From: Lytechinus pictus
Taxonomy: Eukaryota
Assembly (NCBI RefSeq): GCF_037042905.1
Contig: NC_087250.1
Location: 11,286,001 to 11,350,000 of the forward strand
DNA: 64,000 nt
Direction of reading: 5' to 3'
Under the pieces are notes generated by a model. That model did no database searches. It was not told where the DNA came from and worked only from the letters and a program-made list of their open reading frames with translations. A program made the translations under genes and the position numbers. Positions 1-15,354 of the stretch are shown here, piece after piece; position 1 is the first letter of the stretch, and every line of letters starts with the position of its first letter.

Positions 1-3000
1 TTTTTCCCATTGGTATAATACACAGAAATCAAACTTATTGACTTTCTTCTAATGACAGTCAAAAGTACATTAAAATATAAATACATGAACGTGTATACTT
101 ACGGTCTGTCAATTAAGATGAGGAAAAAGAGAAAGAATAACAAGAATAAAAAAACAACATTGAGGAATATTTTGGAAAACGTAGTTCGAAACGTTCTTGG
201 AACTATTTGTAAGGTTTCAGAGGTTGGTCTGATTAAAAAAAGGGTAATTTTGGAGAATCAAAAAATATAATTGTTTTAATGTCAGTACACTAAATATCAA
301 TGGATTTTTGTTCGTACTTAAACTCCGGGTTAATCAAGGCGACATTACGTTGTATTGAACAGATCTAATTTAATGAAGAATTTTTTTTCCATTGATATAT
401 TAAATAGACAGAGTCAAGCTTTATATTGACATTCCTTTAAGGAATAGTCCAAACTACATTAAATAATAATTTCATTTGGTTGTATACTCACATCCTGTCA
501 ATTAAGATGAGGAAAAAGGGAAAGAATAACAAGAATATAAAAATATTAAGGAATATTTTCGAAAAAGAACTTGGAAACATACTTGGAACTATTTGTATAG
601 TTTCAGAGGTTGGTCTGATTTGAAATAAGTAATTTTAGAAAATCAAAAATTATAATTGTTTTATTGTCAGTACACTAAATATCAATGGATTTTGGTTCGT
701 ACTTAAACTCCGGGTTAATCAAGGCGACATAACGTTGTATTGAACATATCTAATTTCATGAAGATTTTTTTTCCCATTGGTATAATACACAGAAATCAAA
801 CTTATTGACTTTCTTCTAATGACAGTCAAAAGTACATTAAAATATGAATACATGAACGTGTATACTTACCGACTGTCAATTAAGATGAGGAAAAAGAGAA
901 AGAATAACAAAAATAAAAAAAAAAACATTGAGGAAAATTTTGAAAACGTAGTTCGAAACGTTCTTGGAACTATTTGTAAGGTTTCAGAGGTTGGTCTGAT
1001 TAAAAAAAGGGTAATTTTGGAGAATCAAAAAATATAATTGTTTTAATGTCAGTACACTAAATATCAATGGATTTTTGTTTGTACTTAAACTCCGGGTTAA
1101 TCAAGGCGACATTACGTTGTATTGAACATATCTAATTTAATGAAGATTTTTTTTTCCATTGATATATTAAATAAACAGAAATAAAGCTTATTGACTTTTA
1201 TGTAAAGAATAGTCAAAAGTACATTAAAATACAAATACATGAAGGCGTATACTCACCGGCTGTCAAATAAGATAAGGAAAAAGAGAAAGAATAACAAGAA
1301 TATAAAAATATTAAGGAATATTCTCGAAAACGTACTTCGAAACGTACTTGGAACTATTTGTATGGTTTCAGAGGTTTGTCTGATTTGAAATAAGTAATTT
1401 TTAAAAATAAAAAAATATAATTGTTTTATTGTCAGTGCACTAAATATCAATGGATTTTTGTTCGTACTTATACTCTAGGTTAATCAAGGCGACCTTGTGT
1501 TGTATTGTACATATCTAATTTCATTAAGATTTTTTTTTCCATTGGTATATTAAATACACGGAAATCAAGCTTATTGACTTTCCTCTAAAAAATAGTCAAA
1601 AGAACATTAAAATATGAATACATAAACGTGCATACTTACGCGCTGTCAAATAAGATAAGGAAAAGAAAAAGAATAACAAGAATATACAAACATTAAGGAA
1701 TATTCTCAAAAACGTACTTTGAAACGTACTTGAAACTATTTGTATGGTTTCAGAGGTTAGTCTGATTTGAAAAAAGTAATTTTAGAGAATCAAAAGATAG
1801 AATTTTTTTATTGTCAGTACATATCAATGGATTTTTGTTCGTACTTAAACTCCGGGTTAATCAAGGCGACATTACGTTGTATTGAACATATCTAATTTCA
1901 TGAAGATTTTTTTTCCCATTGGTATAATACACAGAAATCAAACTTATTGACTTTCTTCTAATGACAGTCAAAAGTACATTAAAATATGAATACATGAACG
2001 TGTATACTTACGGTCTGTCAATTAAGATGAGGAAAAAGAGAAAGAATAACAATAATAAAAAAACAACATTGAGGAATATTTTGGAAAACGTAGTTCGAAA
2101 CGTTCTTGGAACTATTTGTAAGGTTTCAGAGGTTGGTCTGATTAAAAAAAGGGTAATTTTGGAGAATCAAAAAATATAATTGTTTTAATGTCAGTACACT
2201 AAATATCAATGGATTTTTGTTCGTACTTAAACTCCGGGTTAATCAAGGCGACATTACGTTGTATTGAACAGATCTAATTTTATGAAGAATTTTTTTTCCA
2301 TTGATATATTAAATAGACAGAGTCAAGCTTTATATTGACATTCCTTTAAGGAATAGTCCAAACTACATTAAATAATAATTTCATTTGGTTGTATACTCAC
2401 ATCCTGTCAATTAAGATGAGGAAAAAGGGAAAGAATAACAAGAATATAAAAATATTAAGGAATATTTTCGAAAAAGAACTTGGAAACATACTTGGAACTA
2501 TTTGTATAGTTTCAGAGGTTGGTCTGATTTGAAATAAGTAATTTTAGAAAATCAAAAATTATAATTGTTTTATTGTCAGTACACTAAATATCAATGGATT
2601 TTGGTTCGTACTTAAACTCCGGGTTAATCAAGGCGACATAACGTTGTATTGAACATATCTAATTTCATGAAGATTTTTTTTCCCATTGGTATAATACACA
2701 GAAATCAAACTTATTGACTTTCTTCTAATGACAGTCAAAAGTACATTAAAATATGAATACATGAACGTGTATACTTACCGACTGTCAATTAAGATAAGGA
2801 AAAAGAGAAAGAATAACAAAAATAAAAAAAACAACATTGAGGAATATTTTGGAAAACGTAGTTCGAAACGTTCTTGGAACTATTTGTAAGGTTTCAGAGG
2901 TTGGTCTGATTAAAAAAAGGGTAATTTTGGAGAATCAAAAAATATAATTGTTTTAATGTCAGTACACTAAATATCAATGGATTTTTGTTTGTACTTAAAC

Positions 3001-6000
3001 TCCGGGTTAATCAAGGCGACATTACGTTGTATTGAACATATCTAATTTAATGAAGATTTTTTTTTCCATTGATATATTAAATAAACAGAAATAAAGCTTA
3101 TTGACTTTTATGTAAAGAATAGTCAAAAGTACATTAAAATACAAATACATGAAGGCGTATACTCACCGGCTGTCAAATAAGATAAGGAAAAAGAGAAAGA
3201 ATAACAAGAATATAAAAATATTAAGGAATATTCTCGAAAACGTACTTCGAAACGTACTTGGAACTATTTTTATGGTTTCAGAGGTTTGTCTGATTTGAAA
3301 TAAGTAATTAAAAAAAAAAAAAATATATAATTGTTTTATTGTCAGTGCACTAAATATCAATGGATTTTTGTTCGTACTTATACTCTAGGTTAATCAAGGC
3401 GACCTTGTGTTGTATTGTACATATCTAATTTCATTAAGATTTTTTTTTCCATTGGTATATTAAATACACGGAAATCAAGCTTATTGACTTTCCTCTAAAA
3501 AATAGTCAAAAGAACATTAAAATATGAATACATAAACGTGCATACTTACGCGCTGTCAAATAAGATAAGATAAAGAAAAAGACTAACAAGAATATAAAAA
3601 CATTAAGGAATATTCTCGAAAACGTACTTTAAAACGTACTTGAAACTATTTGTATGGTTTCAGAGGTTAGTCTGATTTGAAATAAGTAATTTTAGAGATT
3701 TGAAAAATAGAATTATTTTATTGTCATGACACTAAATATCATTTTTTTTTTCATTTATACTGTGTTTAATCAAGGTGACTGTACGTTATGTTTAATATAT
3801 CTGATTTAATAAATTATTTTATTGTCATTACACTAGATATAATTGGATTTTTTTCATCGTACTTATACTGTGGTTTGATCAAAGTAACCGTACGCTGTAT
3901 TAAACATATTTGATTACATAAAGATTTTTTTTTCTATTTATATATTAAATAGACAGAGTCAAGCTTTATATTGACATTCCTTTAAGGAATAGTCCAAACT
4001 ACATTAAATAATAATTTCATTTGGTTGTATACTCACATCCTGTCAATTAAGATGAGGAAAAAGTGAAAGAATAACAAGAATATAAAAATATTAAGGAATA
4101 TTTTCGAAAAAGAACTTGGAAACATACTTGGAACTATTTGTATAGTTTCAGAGGTTGGTCTGATTTGAAATAAGTAATTTTAGAAAATCAAAATTATAAT
4201 TGTTTTATTGTCAGTACACTAAATATCAATGGATTTTGGTTCGTACTTAAACTCCGGGTTAATCAAGGCGACATAACGTTGTATTGAACATATCTAATTT
4301 CATGAAGATTTTTTTTCCCATTGGTATAATACACAGAAATCAAACTTATTGACTTTCTTCTAATGACAGTCAAAAGTACATTAAAATATGAATACATGAA
4401 CGTGTATACTTACGGTCTGTCAATTAAGATGAGGAAAAAGAGAAAGAATAACAAGAATAAAAAAACAACATTGAGGAATATTTTGGAAAACGTAGTTCGA
4501 AACGTTCTTGGAACTATTTGTAAGGTTTCAGAGGTTGGTCTGATTAAAAATGGGTAATTTTGGAGAATCAAAAAATATAATTGTTTTAATGTCAGTACAC
4601 TAAATATCAATGGATTTTTGTTCGTACTTAAACTCCGGGTTAATCAAGGCGCCATTACGTTGTATTAAACAGATCTAATTTAATGAAGAATTTTTTTTTC
4701 CATTGATATATTAAATAGACAGAGTCAAGCTTTATATTGACATTCCTTTAAGGAATAGTCCAAACTACATTAAATAATAATTTCATTTGGTTGTATACTC
4801 ACATCCTGTCAATTAAGATAAGGAAAAAGGGAAAGAATAACAAGAATATAAAAATATTAAGGAATATTTTCGAAAAAGAACTTGGAAACATACTTGGAAT
4901 TATTTGTATAGTTTCAGAGGTTGGTCTGATTTGAAATAAGTAATTTTAGAAAATCAAAAATTATAATTGTTTTATTGTCAGTACACTAAATATCAATGGA
5001 TTTTGGTTCGTACTTAAACTCCGGGTTAATCAAGGCGACCTTGTGTTGTATTGAACATATCTAATTTCATGAAGATTTTTTTTCCCATTGGTATAATACA
5101 CAGAAATCAAACTTATTGACTTTCTTCTAATGACAGTCAAAAGTACATTAAAATATGAATACATGAACGTGTATACTTACGGTCTGTCAATTAAGATGAG
5201 GAAAAAGAGAAAGAATAACAAGAATAAAAAAACAACATTGAGGAATATTTTGGAAAACGTAGTTCGAAACGTTCTTGGAACTATTTGTAAGGTTTCAGAG
5301 GTTGGTCTGATTAAAAAAAGGGTAATTTTGGAGAATCAAAAAATATAATTGTTTTAATGTCAGTACACTAAATATCAATGGATTTTTGTTTGTACTTAAA
5401 CTCCGGGTTAATCAAGGCGACATTACGTTGTATTGAACATATCTAATTTAATGAAGATTTTTTTTTCCATTGATATATTAAATAAACAGAAATAAAGCTT
5501 ATTGACTTTTATGTAAAGAATAGTCAAAAGTACATTAAAATACAAATACATGAAGGCGTATACTCACCGGCTGTCAAATAAGATAAGGAAAAAGAGAAAG
5601 AATAACAAGAATATAAAAATATTAAGGAATATTCTCGAAAACGTACTTCGAAACGTACTTGGAACTATTTGTATGGTTTCAGAGGTTTGTCTGATTTGAA
5701 ATAAGTAATTTTTAAAAATAAAAAAATATAATTGTTTTATTGTCAGTGCACTAAATATCAATGGATTTTTGTTCGTACTTATACTCTAGGTTAATCAAGG
5801 CGACCTTGTGTTGTATTGTACATATCTAATTTCATTAAGATTTTTTTTTCCATTGGTATATTAAATACACGGAAATCAAGCTTATTGACTTTCCTCTAAA
5901 AAATAGTCAAAAGAACATTAAAATATGAATACATAAACGTGCATACTTACGCGCTGTCAAATAAGATAAGATAAAGAAAAAGAATAACAAGAATATAAAA

Positions 6001-9000
6001 ACATTAAGGAATATTCTCGAAAACGTACTTTAAAACGTACTTGAAACTATGTGTATGGTTTCAGAGGTTAGTCTGATTTGAAATAAGTAATTTTAGAGAT
6101 TTGAAAAATAGAATTATTTTATTGTCATGACACTAAATATCATTTTTTTTTTCATTTATACTGTGTTTAATCAAGGTGACTGTACGTTATGTTTAATATA
6201 TCTGATTTAATAAATTATTTTATTGTCATTACACTAGATATAATTGGATTTTTTTCATCGTACTTATACTGTGGTTTGATCAAAGTAACCGTACGCTGTA
6301 TTAAACATATTTGATTACATAAAGATTTTTTTTTCTATTTATATATTAAATAGACAGAGTCAAGCTTTATATTGACATTCCTTTAAGGAATAGTCCAAAC
6401 TACATTAAATAATAATTTCATTTGGTTGTATACTCACATCCTGTCAATTAAGATGAGGAAAAAGTGAAAGAATAACAAGAATATAAAAATATTAAGGAAT
6501 ATTTTCGAAAAAGAACTTGGAAACATACTTGGAACTATTTGTATAGTTTCAGAGGTTGGTCTGATTTGAAATAAGTAATTTTAGAAAATCAAAAATTATA
6601 ATTGTTTTATTGTCAGTACACTAAATATCAATGGATTTTGGTTCGTACTTAAACTCCGGGTTAATCAAGGCGACATAACGTTGTATTGAACATATCTAAT
6701 TTCATGAAGATTTTTTTTCCCATTGGTATAATACACAGAAATCAAACTTATTGACTTTCTTCTAATGACAGTCAAAAGTACATTAAAATATGAATACATG
6801 AACGTGTATACTTACGGTCTGTCAATTAAGATGAGGAAAAAGAGAAAGAATAACAAGAATAAAAAAACAACATTGAGGAATATTTTGGAAAACGTAGTTC
6901 GAAACGTTCTTGGAACTATTTGTAAGGTTTCAGAGGTTGGTCTGATTAAAAATGGGTAATTTTGGAGAATCAAAAAATATAATTGTTTTAATGTCAGTAC
7001 ACTAAATATCAATGGATTTTTGTTCGTACTTAAACTCCGGGTTAATCAAGGCGCCATTACGTTGTATAAAACAGATCTAATTTAATGAAGAATTTTTTTT
7101 CCATTGATATATTAAATAGACAGAGTCAAGCTTTATATTGACATTCCTTTAAGGAATAGTCCAAACTACATTAAATAATAATTTCATTTGGTTGTATACT
7201 CAGATCCTGTCAATTAAGATGAGGAAAAAGGGAAAGAATAACAAGAATATAAAAATATTAAGGAATATTTTCGAAAAAGAACTTGGAAACATACTTGGAA
7301 CTATTTGTATAGTTTCAGAGGTTGGTCTGATTTGAAATAAGTAATTTTAGAAAATCAAAAATTATAATTGTTTTATTGTCAGTACACTAAATATCAATGG
7401 ATTTTGGTTCGTACTTAAACTCCGGGTTAATCAAGGCGACATAACGTTGTATTGAACATATCTAATTTCATGAAGATTTTTTTTCCCATTGGTATAATAC
7501 ACAGAAATCAAACTTATTGACTTTCTTCTAATGACAGTCAAAAGTACATTAAAATATGAATACATGAACGTGTATACTTACGGTCTGTCAATTAAGATGA
7601 GGAAAAAGAGAAAGAATAACAAGAATAAAAAAACAACATTGAGGAATATTTTGGAAAACGTAGTTCGAAACGTTCTTGGAACTATTTGTAAGGTTTCAGA
7701 GGTTGGTCTGATTAAAAATGGGTAATTTTGGAGAATCAAAAAATATAATTGTTTTAATGTCAGTACACTAAATATCAATGGATTTTTGTTCGTACTTAAA
7801 CTCCGGGTTAATCAAGGCGCCATTACGTTGTATAAAACAGATCTAATTTAATGAAGATTTTTTTTTCCATTGATATATTAAATAGACAGAGTCAAGCTTT
7901 ATATTGACATTCCTTTAAGGAATAGTCCAAACTACATTAAATAATAATTTCATTTGGTTGTATACTCAGATCCTGTCAATTAAGATGAGGAAAAAGGGAA
8001 AGAATAACAAGAATATAAAAATATTAAGGAATATTTTCGAAAAAGAACTTGGAAACATACTTGGAACTATTTGTATAGTTTCAGAGGTTGGTCTGATTTG
8101 AAATAAGTAATTTTAGAAAATCAAAAATTATAATTGTTTTATTGTCAGTACACTAAATATCAATGGATTTTGGTTCGTACTTAAACTCCGGGTTAATCAA
8201 GGCGACCTTGTGTTGTATTGAACATATCTAATTTCATGAAGATTTTTTTTCCCATTGGTATAATACACAGAAATCAAACTTATTGACTTTCTTCTAATGA
8301 CAGTCAAAAGTACATTAAAATATGAATACATGAACGTGTATACTTACGGTCTGTCAATTAAGATGAGGAAAAAGAGAAAGAATAACAAGAATAAAAAAAC
8401 AACATTGAGGAATATTTTGGAAAACGTAGTTCGAAACGTTCTTGGAACTATTTGTAAGGTTTCAGAGGTTGGTCTGATTAAAAAAAGGGTAATTTTGGAG
8501 AATCAAAAAATATAATTGTTTTAATGTCAGTACACTAAATATCAATGGATTTTTGTTCGTACTTAAACTCCGGGTTAATCAAGGCGACATTACGTTGTAT
8601 TGAACAGATCTAATTTAATGAAGAATTTTTTTTCCATTGATATATTAAATAAACAGAAATAAAGCTTATTGACTTTTATGTAAAGAATAGTCAAAAGTAC
8701 ATTAAAATACAAATACATGAAGGCGTATACTTACCGACTGTCAAATAAGATGAGGAAAAAGAGAAAGAATAACAAGAATATAAAAATATTAAGGAATATT
8801 CTCGAAAACGTACTTCGAAACGTACTTGGAACTATTTGTATGGTTTCAGAGGTTTGTCTGATTTGAAATAAGTAATTTTAAAAAATAAAAAAATATAATT
8901 GTTTTATTGTCAGTGCACTAAATATAAATGGATTTTGTTTCGTACTTATACTCTAGGTTAATCAAGGCGACCTTGTGTTGTATTGAACATATCTAATTTC

Positions 9001-11718
9001 ATTAAGATTATCTTTCCCATTGGTATAATACACAGAAATCAAACTTATTGACTTTCTTCTAATGACAGTCAAAAGTACATTAAAATATGAATACATGAAC
9101 GTGTATACTTACCGACTGTCAATTAAGATGAGGAAAAAGAGAAAGAATAACAAGAATAAAAAAACAACATTGAGGAATATTTTGGAAAACGTAGTTCGAA
9201 ACGTTCTTGGAACTATTTGTAAGGTTTCAGAGGTTGGTCTGATTAAAAAAAGGGTAATTTTGGAGAATCAAAATATATATTTGTTTTAATGTCAGTACAC
9301 TAAATATCAATGGATTTTTGTTCGTACTTAAACTCCGGGTTAATCAAGGCGACATTACGTTGTATTGAACATATCTAATTTAATGAAGATTTTTTTTTCT
9401 ATTGATATATTAAATAAACAGAAATAAAGCTTATTGACTTTTATGTAAAGAATAGTCAAAAGTACATTAAAATACAAATACATGAAGGCGTATACTCACC
9501 GGCTGTCAAATAAGATAAGGAAAAAGAGAAAGAATAACAAGAATATAAAAATATTAAGGAATATTCTCGAAAACGTACTTCGAAACGTACTTGGAACTAT
9601 TTGTATGGTTTCAGAGGTTGGTCTGATTTGAAATAAGTAATTTTAAAAAATAAAAAAATATAATTGTTTTATTGTCAGTACACTAAATATCAATGGATTT
9701 TTGTTCGTACTTATACTCTAGGTTAATCAAGGCGACCTTGTGTTGTATTGTACATATCTCATTTCATTAAGATTTTTTTTCCATTGGTATATTAAATACA
9801 CGGAAATCAAGCTTATTGACTTTCTTCTAAAAAATAGTCAAAAGAACATTAAAATATGAATACATAAACGTGCATACTTACGCGCTGTCAAATAAGATAA
9901 GGAAAAGAAAAAGAATAACAAGAATATAAAAACATTAAGGAATATTCTCAAAAACGTACTTTGAAACGTACTTGAAACTATTTGTATGGTTTTAGAGGTT
10001 AGTCTGATTTGAAATAAGTAATTTTAGAGAATCGAAAAATACAATTTTTTTATTGTCATGACACTAAATATCAATGGTTTTTTGTATTTATACTGTGGTT
10101 AATCAAGGTGACTGTATGTTGTGTTTAATATATCTGATTTAATGAAGGAATCTTTTTCGTTGATATATGGAATACATGTAGTCAGAAATCAAGCCTAAAG
10201 ACATTCCTCTAAAGTATAGTCCAAAATACACTTTAAAAATAAATACAGTAAGATATATACTTCCGGGCTGTCAAATAAGATAATGAAACAGAGAAAGAAT
10301 AACAACAACGTGAAAACATTAAGAAAATTTTGCGAAAACGTACTTGGAACTATTCGGTGGTTTAGAGGTGGGTATGTTTCGAAAAAGGAAATCTTAGAGG
10401 ATCCAAAAACGAAATTATTTTATTGTCATTACACTAGATATAAATGGATTTTTTTCATCGTACTTATACTGTGGTTTGATCAAGGTAACCGTACGTTGTA
10501 TTGAACATATCTGATTACATAAAGAAACTTTTTTCCATTTATATATTGAATAGACAGAGTCAAGCTTTATATTGACATTCCTCTAAGGAATAGTCCAAAC
10601 TACATTAATCAATAATTTCATTTGATTGTATACTCACATCCTGTCAATTAAGATGAGGAAAAAGAGAAAGAATAACAAGAAAATAAAACATTGAGGAATA
10701 TTTTGGAAAACGTAGTTCGAAACGTTCTTGGAACTATTTGTAAGGTTTCAGAGGTTGGTCTGATTAAAAAAGGGTAATTTTGGAGAAAATTAAAAAAAAT
10801 ATAATTGTTTTAATGTCAGTACACTAAATATCATAGGATGTTTTCGTACTTATAATGTTGGTTAATCAAGGTGACCGTACATATACGTTGTGTTTAATGT
10901 ATCTGATTACATGAAGATTTTTTTTCCATTGATGTATTGAATAGACAGGAATCAAGCTTTATATTGACATTCCTCTAAGAAATATTCCAAAGTACATTAA
11001 AACATTAATACATGAACGTGTATACTTACGGGCTGTCAAATAAGATAAGGAAAAAATAAACAAAATCAAGAATATAAACACATTAAAGAACATTTTCGAA
11101 AACGTACTTTGAAACGTACTTAAAACTATTTGTATGGTGTTAGAGGTTGGCCTGATTTTAAATATGTTATTTTAGATGATCGAAAAATATAATCATTTTG
11201 TTGCCATTACACTAAATATCATGGGATTTTTTCGTACTTATAATGTTGGTTAATAAAGGTGACCATACGTTTGGTTTAATGTATCTGATTACATGAATAA
11301 ACTTTTTCCATTAATATATTGAATAGACAGAAATCAAGCCTATGGACATTTCTCTAAAGAATAGTCAAAAATATATTAGAATATAAAAACATAAACGTGT
11401 ATACTTACGGGCTGTAAGATGAGGAAAAAGAGAAAGAATAACAATATAAAAACATTAAGAAATATTTTCGAGAACGTACTTAAACGTTCTTGGAAATATT
11501 CGTATTGTTTAAGAGGTTGGTCTGATTTTAAATAAGTAATTTTAGAAGATCGAAAATAAGAATTAGTTTCACTAAATATCTTTTTTCGTACTTTATCGGT
11601 GGATTATCAAAGTTACCGTACGTCGTGTTAAAAAAAAAAATATTTTTTAAATAATATTGTTCATTTTTATAATCAATCAATAGAAATCAAGCTTATAGAC
11701 ATTCCTCTAAAGAATAGT

Positions 11719-12850
11719 AACAAGATGAATGCCTCTGGCCGTCTCACCTGCATCACGCGATTCAATATAGCAGCAGTGCTGATTTTGAAAACTACTATAA
11801 CTCGCACAAGATGTTCAGTGATACTTGGTTACTCTTATTTCCACGTTTTATGAACTAGACCCATACACTTATAGAGATATGATGGTAATTCGACAAATAC
11901 CCCCAACGTGGCCAAAGTTCATTGACCTTACATGACCTTTGACCTTGATCATGTGACCTGAAACTCGCACAGGATGTTCAGTGATACTTGATTACTCTTA
12001 TGTCCAAGTTTCAAGAGAAAGATCCATCAACTTTCCAAGTTATGATGGTAATTCAACAGATACCACCATTATGGCCAGAATTCATTGACTTTTGACCTTG
12101 GTCATGTGACCTAAAATGCGCAAAGGATGTTCAGTGATACTTCATTACTCTTATGTCCAAGTTTTATGAACAAGACCAACACACTTTCAAAGTTATGGCG
12201 GTAATTCAACAAATACCCCAATTTGACCAAAGTTCATTGACCCTAAATGACCTTTGACCTTGATCATGTGACCTGAAACTTGCAAAGGATGTTCAGTAAT
12301 ACTTGATTACTATTATGTCCAAGTTTCATGAATCAGATCCATAAACTTTTAAAGTTATGATGGTAAATCTACAGATACCCCCAATTCGGCCAAAGTTCAT
12401 TGACCCTAAATGACCATTGACCTTGGTCATGTGACGTGAAACTCATGCAGGATGTTTAGTGATACTTGATTAACCTTATGTATAAGTTTCATGAACTAGG
12501 TCCATATACTTTCTAAGTTATGATGACATTTCAAAAACTTAACCTTAGGTAAAGATTTTGATGTTGATTCCCCCAACATGGTCTAAGTTCATTGACCCTA
12601 AATGACCATTGACCATGGTCATGTGACATGAAACTCAGGCAGGATGTTCAGTAATACTTGATTAACCTTATGGCCAAGTTTCATGAACTAGGTCTATATA
12701 CTTTCTAAGTTATGCTGTCATTTCAAAAACTTAACCTCAGGTTAAGATTTGGTGTTGACGCCGCCGCCGCCGCCGCCGCCGTCGCCGTCGCCGCCGCCGT
12801 CGGAAAAGCGGCGCCTATAGTCTCACTCTGCTATGCAGGTGAGACAAAAA
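11719..12850 (-). mobile_element. Non-autonomous Helentron-like element (HINE/DINE-1-type architecture), copy 1
   Basis: Subterminal IRs gtctcacctgcat (11741-11753) and atgcaggtgagac (12833-12845), a short partner IR gtctcac near one end, a (GCC)n microsatellite at 12760-12800, and ~155-190-bp internal tandem units. Inserted in an A/T tract of the satellite with no TSD. Confidence 0.8.
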
Positions 12851-12959
12851 CTAAAATTAACATATAAATGCATTAAGGTGTATGCTCACATGCTGTCAAT
12901 TAAGATGAGGAAACGATAAAGAATTACAAGAACATAAAAAGAGTAAGGAATAGTTTTTT

Positions 12960-13100
12960 TAGCTTAGATTTTATGATTTCACAAAGTGCAGTTTATGTAA
13001 CTGTACCAGATCTAGATCCACGATGAAATAGTAATACTTAATCTTGGTTTTACAGACTTTCTCACGAAATCAGTGTTTTACTGCAACTACTTTATTTAGC
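12960..13100 (+). mobile_element. Partial copy (right end) of the Kolobok-like MITE embedded in satellite
   Basis: Matches 15600-15740 (agcttagattttatgatttcac...ctgcaactactttatttagct) and has the same satellite junction. Confidence 0.75.
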
Positions 13101-13569
13101 TTTACGATGAGGAAATTATAAAGAATTACAAGAACATAAAAAGAGTAAGGAATAGTTTCGAAACGTGCTTTAAACTATTCGTGTGGTTTTAGAGGTTGGT
13201 CTGATTTAAAATAAGTAATTTTGGAGAATTAAAAAATAAAATTGTTTAATTGTCAGTACACTAAATATCAATGGATTTTTGTATGTACTTATAGTTCGTT
13301 TTAATCAAGGTGATATTAGGTTAGAATATAAACACATTAAAGAACATTTTCGAAAACGTAATTTGAGTCGTACTTAAAACTATTCGTATGGTGTTAGAGG
13401 TTGGTCTGATTTTAAATATGTAATTTTAGAGAATCGAAAAATAGAATTATTATATTGTCATGAGACTTTCTATCAATAAATTTTTGCTTGTACTTATACT
13501 GTAGTTAATCAAGGTGACTGTTCGTTGTGTTTAATATATCTGATATCATGAAGGAATCTTCTTCGTTGA

Positions 13570-13840
13570 TATTTGCTGAGAAATAAGAAAAATAAGCGCG
13601 GATTCGGTCACTTCCGTCGAGTCTTTATTCTAGCAATAGTAATACACAGTTCCACCTGTGCCTATCTATGTTGGCGATCTTCAGTGTGATCGTTTTTCAG
13701 CTTAGATTTTATGATTTCACCAAGTTAAGTTCATGTAACTGTACCAGATCTAGATCCACGATGATATAGTAATTCTTAATTTTGGTTTTACAGACTTTCT
13801 CACAAAGTCAGTGTTTTACTGCAACTACTTTTATTTAGCT
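13570..13840 (+). mobile_element. Partial copy (right two-thirds) of the Kolobok-like MITE embedded in satellite
   Basis: Matches 15485-15740 and ends tttagct|ttaagatgagg, returning to satellite. Confidence 0.75.
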
Positions 13841-15354
13841 TTAAGATGAGGAAATGATAAAGAATTACAAGAATATGAAAAGAATAAGGAATATTTTTGA
13901 AAAACGTACTTAGAAACGTACTTTAAATTATTCGTATGGGGATAGAGGTTGGTCTGATTTGAAATGAGTAAATCTAGATGATCGACACATTTTGTTGTCA
14001 TTGCACTAAATATCATAGGATGTTTTCGTACTTATAATGTTGGTTAATCAAGGTGACAGTAAATGTACGTTGTGTTTAATGTATCTGATTGCATGCAGAA
14101 TTTTTTTTCCAATGATATATAGGAATAGACAGAAATAAAGCTTATTGAAATTCCTTTAATGAATAGTCCAAAGTACATTAACATACAAATACATTAAGGC
14201 GTATACTTACCAGCTGTCAAATAATATAAGTAAAAAGAGACAGAATAACAAGAATATAAAAATATTAAGGAACATTCTAGAAAACGTACTTGAAAACGTA
14301 CTTGGAACTATTTGTATTGTTTCAGAGGTTGGTCTGATTTGAAATAAGTAATTTTAGAAAATAAAAAAGTATAATTGTTTTATTGTCAGTACACTAAATA
14401 TCAATGGATTTTTTTCGTACTTAAACTCCGGGTTAATCAAGGTGACATTACGTTGTATTGAACATATCAAATTTCATGAATTTTTTTTTCCATTGATGTA
14501 TTGAATAGACAGGAATCAAGCTTTATATTGACATTCCTCTAAGGAATATTCCAAAGTACATTAAAAAATTAATACATGAACGTGTATACTTACGGGCTGT
14601 CAAATAAGAATAAAATCAAGAATATGAACACATTAAAGAACATTTTCGAAAACGTATTTGAGTCGTACTTAAAACTATTCGTATGGTGTTAGAGGTTGGC
14701 CTGATTTTAAATATGTAATTTTAGAGAATCAAAAAATAGAATTATTATATTGTCATAAGACTTTCTATCAGTAAATTTTTGCTTGTACTTATACTGTAGT
14801 TATGAAGGTGACTGTTCGTTGTGTTTAATATATCTGATATCATGAAGGAATCTTTTTCGTTGATATATTGAATATTCAGAAATCAAGCTTATAGACATTT
14901 TTTAAAGAATAGTAAAAAAAAATACATTAACATTAAAATGCATTAGGGTGTATATTCACATTCTGTCAATTAAGATGAGGAAAAAAGAGAAAGAATGACA
15001 AGAACTTAAAGAAGGTAATGAATATTTTCAAAACCGAACTTAGAAACGTGCTTGGAACTATTCGTATTGTTCTAGAGGTTAGTTAGATTTAAATAAGTAG
15101 TTTTTGATGATTGAAAATTATAATTATTTTATTATCATTCTATTAAATATCAATTGATTTTTGTTCGTACTTCTACCATGGTTAATCAAGGTGATTGTAC
15201 GTTGTATTGAACGTATCTGATTACATGAAGAAACTTTTTCCGCTGATATATTGAATGCACAAAAATCAATCCTATTGACATTTCTCTAAAGAATAGTCGA
15301 AAATACATTAACATATAAATGCATTAAGGTGTATACTCACATGCTGTCATTTAA

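Noticed and set aside
311..330. CENP-B box-like ttcg...cggg in each monomer
   Set aside because: The spacer between TTCG and CGGG is 11 nt, whereas the CENP-B box requires 7.
52..10504. Repeated 64-75 aa ORFs (MTVKSTLK..., MIFSAL...)
   Set aside because: By-products of the satellite monomer; they open and close with homopolymer length and resemble no protein.
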